A stretch of DNA of 64,000 nt. It comes from the human T2T-CHM13v2.0 reference genome, Homo sapiens. Under the pieces are notes generated by a model that worked only from the letters and a program-made list of their open reading frames with translations, had not been told where the DNA came from and did no database searches. The position numbers were made by a program, and so were the translations under genes. The stretch lies in assembly GCF_009914755.1 (NCBI RefSeq), contig NC_060934.1. The stretch is one strand, 5' to 3'. Positions 57,058-64,000 of this stretch are shown here, piece by piece; position 1 is the first letter of the stretch, and each line of letters starts with the position of its first letter.

Positions 57058-58318
57058 AGTTGGTATAGAAGCAGAAAGTAGAACAGTGGTTATGAGAGAC
57101 TAAGGAGGGGAGAGGGGGATGGGGAGAGGTTGGTCAATGGGTACAAAATTACAATTAGGAAGAATAAGTTCTGGTGGTCTATTGCACATAAAATGTATAT
57201 AATAGTAAAATATCATATATTACAAAACAGCTAGAAGAGAGGCCTTTGGATGTTCTCACCACAAAGAAATGATAAATGCATGAGGCAATGGATCCGGTAA
57301 CTACCCTGATTCAATCATTATACATCATAGATATACACTGAAACGTCAAATAGTACTCTACACATATTAACGTGTACAATTATAATGTGTCAATTTACAA
57401 AAACAAATTTTCAAAAAAGCAAAGACCTGTAAAAAATTTCCTTTAATTTGCACATAAGCACAGGTACACATTTTGTGCAAATATGCACTCTGCTGTTGCC
57501 CTACCAGCTAGTCCTGGGTCCAGTCCTAAAATGTAGCCCTGTTTTTCTTATATGGGGCTATATCATTCTAGACATACAAAAAATAGGAAAATGGCCAACA
57601 CAAGGTCCGATTTTAAAATAATTTAAGTGTTTGTTCTTTTTCACCTCTGCTACTAACATCTATCTTCTTGTAATCCCTCTGTTACACCACAAAAATGTAA
57701 TGCCTTCACACTGCCCTTTGGCTTTTGAAATTTTTCTCAGTGCGAGTCCCCTTGGGCTTGCCTAACCTCTAATGTCACATGTTCCACAGTTACATCACTT
57801 TTTCTCTTTTCTGCAAAGCTCCCCACTTCTCATGTGGATCATAAATAGGGGCTTAGGAAAGCAATCTGATTGGGCTGAAACACCTAAGCAAAGACTTTTT
57901 GATGAGTCACTTCCCCCTTGCCCAGTCCGCATAACCTTCCCAGGCACATTTATGTTTTAATCAATGTATTTAAAGAAATCGTAGGTGTAAGATATTTACG
58001 AACAGGCTTCTTTTTAAGTAATAATTTTTAAGTACTTTTCAGCCCAAGAAAATGTTTTAAACAAAATTTACACAGATGCCAAATGTACAAAACATGTGAA
58101 AACAGAAGTTATTGTTGAAGTAATGCGAGTGGAACCAAAAACCAGCACTCTTAACTCCTCTCTCATACAGAATAGCCCCAGACACACATCCTCAGAGTCC
58201 TCATTCCTCAGAGCAAGATTTGAATGCCACTGCAGATTCTCACATGTTTCAGCTTTCTCTGAGCTTTAGTTAGGGAGAAGAAAAAGAAGCAGGTCTTCCA
58301 CCACTCATTCAATTGCGT

Positions 58319-58343
58319 AAAAAAAAAAAAAAAAAAAAAAAAA
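58319..58343 (+). repeat. A25 homopolymer
   Basis: Uninterrupted A run. Confidence 0.9.
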
Positions 58344-58889
58344 CACTGAGGGCTATCAACAGAGTCATACCATTCTCACCCACCACCAATGTGCTGTGAT
58401 TCACTCTTCTCTTAGAAGGAATCAAGAAAAAAAATGACTATTAACACCTTTTTCTTTTTACTACCAGCACTTTTCTAAACCCTGATACCTGGAAGATCCT
58501 AATTTATTCTTTGACCTCCTATATGAAAGGAGCAGAATGTAGCTATAGGAGACAATAAAACAAGTGTGTTGAATGGTGGAATAAATTCTATTTTTTAATA
58601 GATGCATTAAATGTATCTGAAACACCTTTTAAAAACTTCAATTTGTTTATTTTTATGATATAATAGCTTTATTTATGTAAATAGCTTTCTCTTATCATTA
58701 TTTTCAAGTCAAAGAATAGCCAGAGATCACATGTAGACACATATGATGAATAAGGCATTTTATGGAAGACTGGTACATTTTTATCCACCCAAAGCTGCCA
58801 GATGGCAACAGTATTCTCAAATTGCATGCTGTTTAAAAGGTGATTCTTTTTTTTAAAAAAAAAAAAAGCAACAACAATAATAATAATAT

Positions 58890-59120
58890 ACTACACTTAC
58901 TATAAGCAAAGTTAAGATCATTTCATACATTCTTATTCATTCAACTCATTACAGCTCTATGTTTTAGTTATTGTTATTATCCCCAACTTATAGATGAGCA
59001 ACTGAGGTTCAAAAACAAGTAACTTATTCATGGTCAAACACATAGTAAGTGGTAGAGCAGAAATTTGAACCTATGCAGTGGGGCTTTGGGATGTCTGCTG
59101 CTAACTGCTATATGATACTG
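58890..59120 (-). mobile_element. MIR
   Basis: ttatccccaacttatagatgagcaactgaggttc...aaatttgaacc. Confidence 0.8.
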
Positions 59121-59409
59121 ACTCATGTAAAACACATGCTACCATGTGTGCTCACATCATTGTCACTGGTGTATGATAATGCATCAAGGTGCAAGAAGAT
59201 TCCTGTTTATCTCCTGCCTGAATAGCTCCCTTTAAAGTCAGACATATAACCAACGTGGATGTTTACTAGCCATATCAAATTTAACATATCAAAAATAAAA
59301 AATTCTAATTTACCCAACCCAACCCCTCACAAAGATGCTCCTAATGCAGTCTTCCTCATCTCAGTAAATATGATCTCTAACAGTCCAGTTATGGAGGCTG
59401 AAACTCTGG

Positions 59410-59969
59410 CATGGTGGATATAGGCTAAAACTCAGATATTCTGATGTGGCTTCCAATGATTCTTTTTCCTGGTATTCATGCCTTTGGGTACGCCCCTCCC
59501 CTTGAACGTGGGCTGGACCTAGTGACTTGCTTCTGCTAAACAGAATACAGCAAAAGTAATTGGATGCCACTTCCATGACTAGTTTACAAAAGATTGTGAC
59601 TTCCATCTTGCTAGCAGCCTCCCTTTTGTTGACACTCTGTGACGCTTTCACTTGTTCACTCTAATGAAGCAAACTGCCATACTGTGAGATGCTTTATGGA
59701 GAGGCCTACATAGTGAAACACAAAGAGTCATCTCTGGCCAACAGCTTGTGAGGAATTGAATCTGACCAATAGCGAGGAAAGTGAGCCAGGAAGCAGATCC
59801 TTCCCAGTTGACCCATGAGATGACTACAGCCTTGAGAGAGACCCAGAACCAGAGCACCCATTAAAGCAACATCCAGCAACACTCATTGAAACTATGAGAA
59901 ATCAATGCTATTGTTTTAAGCCTCTAAGTTTTGAAATACTTCGTTACTCAATGATAGATAACTAACACA
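59410..59969 (+). mobile_element. MLT1F-like solo LTR inside L2 (L2 about 59200-60230)
   Basis: cctggtattcatgccttt...ccccttgaacgtgggctggacctagtgacttgcttc...agataactaacaca. Confidence 0.85.
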
Positions 59970-61207
59970 TCTAGAGTCATCTTTTGACTCCTCCCTCTCT
60001 CTCACATCTTATATCCAAACTCTCAGCAAATATTGTTGGGTCTTCCTTTAAGATTCAGCTAGAATCTGAGCAATTCTACATATCTGCACTGAGATATCTT
60101 TGATGCAAACTATCATAATCTCATACTGGAATATTGCAAAAAGCTTATAACTGGCTTCTACCAGGTCTCCTGGGTCTATTCTTGATACAACAGCCAGACT
60201 GATTCTTTTAAAACACAAATCAGGCCCTACAGTAATGGCAGCCATGTGGTTCTTAGCATCATCTGCCCGGCAGGTGGCAAAGATCCTGTGTACCTTCTCC
60301 ATCATCAGATTTCCAGTCACTGATGGGCCAAAGCCAAGACCAGGGCTTTATATCAGAAAACAATAAAATAACAACAAGTGTAAGTCTGGTCGAGAGAGAC
60401 TCCTAGAACAGAAAACACAGCTGTTGACCCAGACTGGGCTAGTCTTCTCCCTGTTGCAACACCATTTAAATCTTTCAAAGCTCCTTTCAAAGTGCTTGAA
60501 ATGGGTATTTTGACCTTAGAAAGGGGGTTCTATGACAAAGGAGGGAAGCCAAAACTTAAATATTTCTGGCTTTCTACATTTGGCATGTGATTTCTGCACT
60601 GAGTGGCCAGCAGCATCAGACTTGTGAGAAATATGAGTAGCACTGCCCAAATAAAACTCATTTAACTGATTATGTTTCAGCAGAACTATCCATTCAAAAT
60701 CCCAAAGTAGAGTAGGAACCTTATCGAGTAAACTTTCCAATCTGAATTTAAGTGATCATGTGAAGAAGAAATATACTAAACTTGCAAGAGAGCAATACTT
60801 TAAGACCACAGAAATGTTCACCAGCAAAACGACAGAATTATGATTATGCAATTTATCCACTCACAGTTTCATACCTTGAATCTTAAACCAGAGAGTAAGA
60901 TAAAAAAGATGGAAGCACATGTGAAGGAATATCTATGAAAAACAGTTCATAAAAGAAAAATATAAAAAAATTTACAAATTAAAGCTACTGATAAAAACAA
61001 AAAAAGAACACTATTGTTCTAAACAAGTTAAGGATCACAAAATATCTGTTCATTTTAAGAATGAGAAGAGGGATAAAAATAGCATGTCTAAGTACAAAGA
61101 ATCAGTGGAAAGTAAGGTACATATTGAATTGACATGAATTAGAGTGAAAACATACTTGATTATCAATTCTATCAGAATATCTCTATATAATCCTTGTATG
61201 ATCTATA

Positions 61208-61940
61208 TGTACAATAAGAATGTGGCTGACCTTTGTCCCCAGTTCCTGGGAGGTAAACTATAAACCTTTGAAATGTCCTGAGTGATTGTAGTGTCATTGT
61301 TATTTACGGTGGGCCCCTCATACTATACCTGATAGTTTATGCTAACAAAATGACTAAAGATGGGAACTGGTCATGCTAGAAAGACCAACCATGTGGTTAA
61401 CAGATTAGGCTTTCAGCAGTGTGATATCAGCCGGATTTCTGGAAGGGGAAAAAGAGGAGAACTGAAGATTGAATCCAACCATGTGGCCAATGAGTCAATC
61501 AACATCATGACTCAATGTGGCCTGAATAAAAACTCTGGACACCAAAGCTAAGGTGAGCTTCCCTAGTTAGCAATACTCTTTGAACATTGTCACACTTCAA
61601 AGCTGGGAGGATAACGTATCCCTGAAGACAACAGAAGCTTTGCATTTGGAAACCTCCCAGAATTGGCTCTGTGCCTCTTTCTTTTTGATGGTTCTAACTT
61701 GTATCCTTTTGCTGTAATAAAACTGTAATCTTTAAGCGTAGCACTTTCCTGAGTTCTGAGTCATTCTAGTGAGTTATCAAACCTGAGGTGGATTATGTGA
61801 ATCCCCATATTTGTAGCCAGATGGCCAGACATAAAGATAACCCAGGGGAAACCTGAATTTGTGGCTGGCATTAGAGAACAGTCTTCAGGGAGCTGTTCCC
61901 TCACACTGTGCAGCTTGCCTAACTCTAGGTACTACGTCAA
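61208..61940 (+). mobile_element. MER21 (C-like) LTR
   Basis: cctttgtccccagttcctgggagg...cctgatagtttatgctaac...agaaagaccaaccatgtg. Confidence 0.8.
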
Positions 61941-62358
61941 ATTTACTATAAATTCTAAAACATTTCCTTAAAAACTGTTGTTTTATAGGGGAATCAAATT
62001 TATTCTTACATATATATGCTCAAAAGGAAAGTCAGATTATGCCACCCATCAGTCCCAAATCCTGGACAGGCTCACCATCCTAGTTATTAAAAGCTGAAGC
62101 TCACTTAGTGGTCCATGTTGCTATGTGGTGAATGGAGTCCTGGGCCCCATGGCTTCCCTGGCTTTTTTTTTTCCTCCTACTCTCCCCCTTGCAAGGCTCA
62201 TGACTCTCTAGGGCCTCATGCCTTACACTGGCCTCTTTGCTGTTTGTGGAACAATCTAGGTATGCTGGCTGTTTCTTCCACCCAGATCTATCTTCTCCCT
62301 GATATCAGTGTAGCTCATTCCCTAACCTACTACTATTTTGGCTAAAAATGCAACCATG

Positions 62359-62675
62359 GGCTGGGCACAGTGGCTCACACCTGCAATCCTAGCACTTTGG
62401 GAGGCTGAGAAGGGAGGATCACTTGAGGCCAGGAATTCAAGACCAGCCTGGGCAAAAAAGTGAGACCCTGTCTCTACAAAAAAAAAATTTAAAAATTAGC
62501 TGGGAGTAGCGATGTGTGTAGCTATAGTCTCAGCTACTTAGGAGGCTGAGGTGGGAGGATCACTTGAGCCCAGGGGCTCAAAACTACAGTGAGTTATGAT
62601 CACTCCACTGTATTCCTGCATGGGTACAGAGTGAGACCTTGTCTCAAAACAAACAAACAAACAAACAAACAAAAA
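62359..62675 (+). mobile_element. AluJ with (CAAA)n tail
   Basis: J diagnostics (ggaggatcacttgaggccagg). Confidence 0.92.
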
Positions 62676-63538
62676 CACCTACCTTGAAAGTGAGGACTTT
62701 GCTGTCCACACAGTGCCCACTCCCCCTCCCCAGGCTGTCCCTATACACCTCTAAAAAGAAATTTTCTAGCTGTAGCCCTCCCTAAGGACCCCATCAGATC
62801 TTATGGGAATAGGATAACTTCTCACTTTTCTTCCTATTATGCTTATTTGCAATGTGGCCCAAAAATGATTGTGTAGGTATTAGTGACATAGTTGTGGCAA
62901 GAAGCCAAGCCAGGAATGAGGGCCATACCCCTAGGGACTGTCTTCCTGGGTCCAAAGGAAAGACCAAGTTTGCTGAAATTTTAACAGGAAATTCTTACAA
63001 GATAATGCCCTTCTGAAATTGCCCTGATCTTCAGGAATATGAAGGAAGCATATATAAGTACAACAAAAATACATTTTAGTCAAAGGCTGAATGGCAGAGT
63101 ATTTAAGTCAAAATTTAACCACGACTGAAGCTAAATATCACCTTCACAGAATAAAATTTCTGAGATAAGAGTATATCTTAAGTCCAAAACTTGTGAAATA
63201 ATAATATTTAACTATTTTCAATACTACACTATTACAGGAAAATTAACTGCTTTTAAAAATAATAGTCAAATTTTATAAGTTTGCCATTAAAGGAAAAGAA
63301 AAAATGCTTCTGAATTGTAACTAGCTAATTGCAGCTGCAGCTCCCAAACTGCACATTTGCAACACTGTTTTGAAGTTCACTTCCAACCCAGGTCAATGGA
63401 AGACATAAAGTATATTTTGATCAGTTTTGTTTCTATTGTTTCTTACAGCTGATGTTACCACCAAGGTCTTACAGTATTTATGTCCTCTAATAGTAACCAG
63501 TGAAAGTCTCTTCAACTCCTAAGCCAAATGCTGATGAT

Positions 63539-64000
63539 TGTGATAATGAATTTTATGTGTCTAGTTGACTGGGGTTAAAGGCCAGGCTCAGTGGCTCATG
63601 CCTGTAATCCCAGCACTTTGGGAAGCCAAGGCAATAGGATCAGTTGAGCCCAGGAGTTCAAAACAAGCTGGGGCAACATAGTGAGACCCCCATCTGTATA
63701 AAAAAAAAAAAAGTAAAAATTAGCCATGCATGGTGGCATATATCTGCAGTCTCAGCTACTCAGGAGGTTGAAGCAGGACATTCACTTGAGCCCTGGAAGC
63801 TGAGGATGCACTGAGCCAAGATTGCACTACTGCACTCCAGCCAGGGCGACAGAGCCAGGCCTGGTCTAAAAGAAAAAAAAAAAAGGTTGACTGGGCTGAA
63901 AGATACCCAGACATTTGGTCAACCATTATTCCAGGTATTTCTGTGAGGGTATTCTTATATTTTCATATTCTTGTATGAGCTTAACATTTAATTTGGTACT
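63539..64000 (+). mobile_element. MLT2-like LTR start, split by AluJ and running off the window
   Basis: tgtgataatgaattttatgtgtctagttgactggg ... atacccagacatttggtcaaccattatt. Confidence 0.75.
63580..63884 (+). mobile_element. AluJ
   Basis: Full AluJ; gttgactggg duplicated on both sides. Confidence 0.92.

Overview
Primate (human-like) genomic DNA: AT-rich, CpG-depleted and dominated by transposable elements. These include about 16 Alus (Y, S and J subfamilies), L1PA, L1MA and older L1M/HAL1 pieces, L2, MIR, MaLR/ERV solo LTRs (THE1, MST, MLT1, MLT2, MER57, MER21) and DNA transposon remnants (Tigger2a, MER5-like). No intact protein-coding gene is recognisable. The ORFs with recognisable protein homology are degenerate L1 ORF2 pieces; the rest look like Alu/LTR-derived or chance ORFs. 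Several minus-strand segments have good splice signals, and there is a plausible terminal exon with 3'UTR and AATAAA (about 35854 to 34410). This suggests the 3' region of an unidentified spliced transcript, but I cannot name the gene. The most notable unexplained structure is a set of near-perfect inverted repeats: a pre-miRNA-like 38-bp hairpin (34671-34780), a perfect 33-bp hairpin created inside an AluJ (36900-36979) with the same stem-plus-duplicated-loop architecture, and a 62-bp long-range inverted repeat (191-252 with 1839-1900). Also notable are an L1PA insertion with no poly(A)/3' end yet a 5' inversion and an 18-bp TSD, an internally deleted L1MA, and a 40-bp orphan insert with a 13-bp TSD. 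Subfamily calls are by eye against remembered consensus features, not from a RepeatMasker run.
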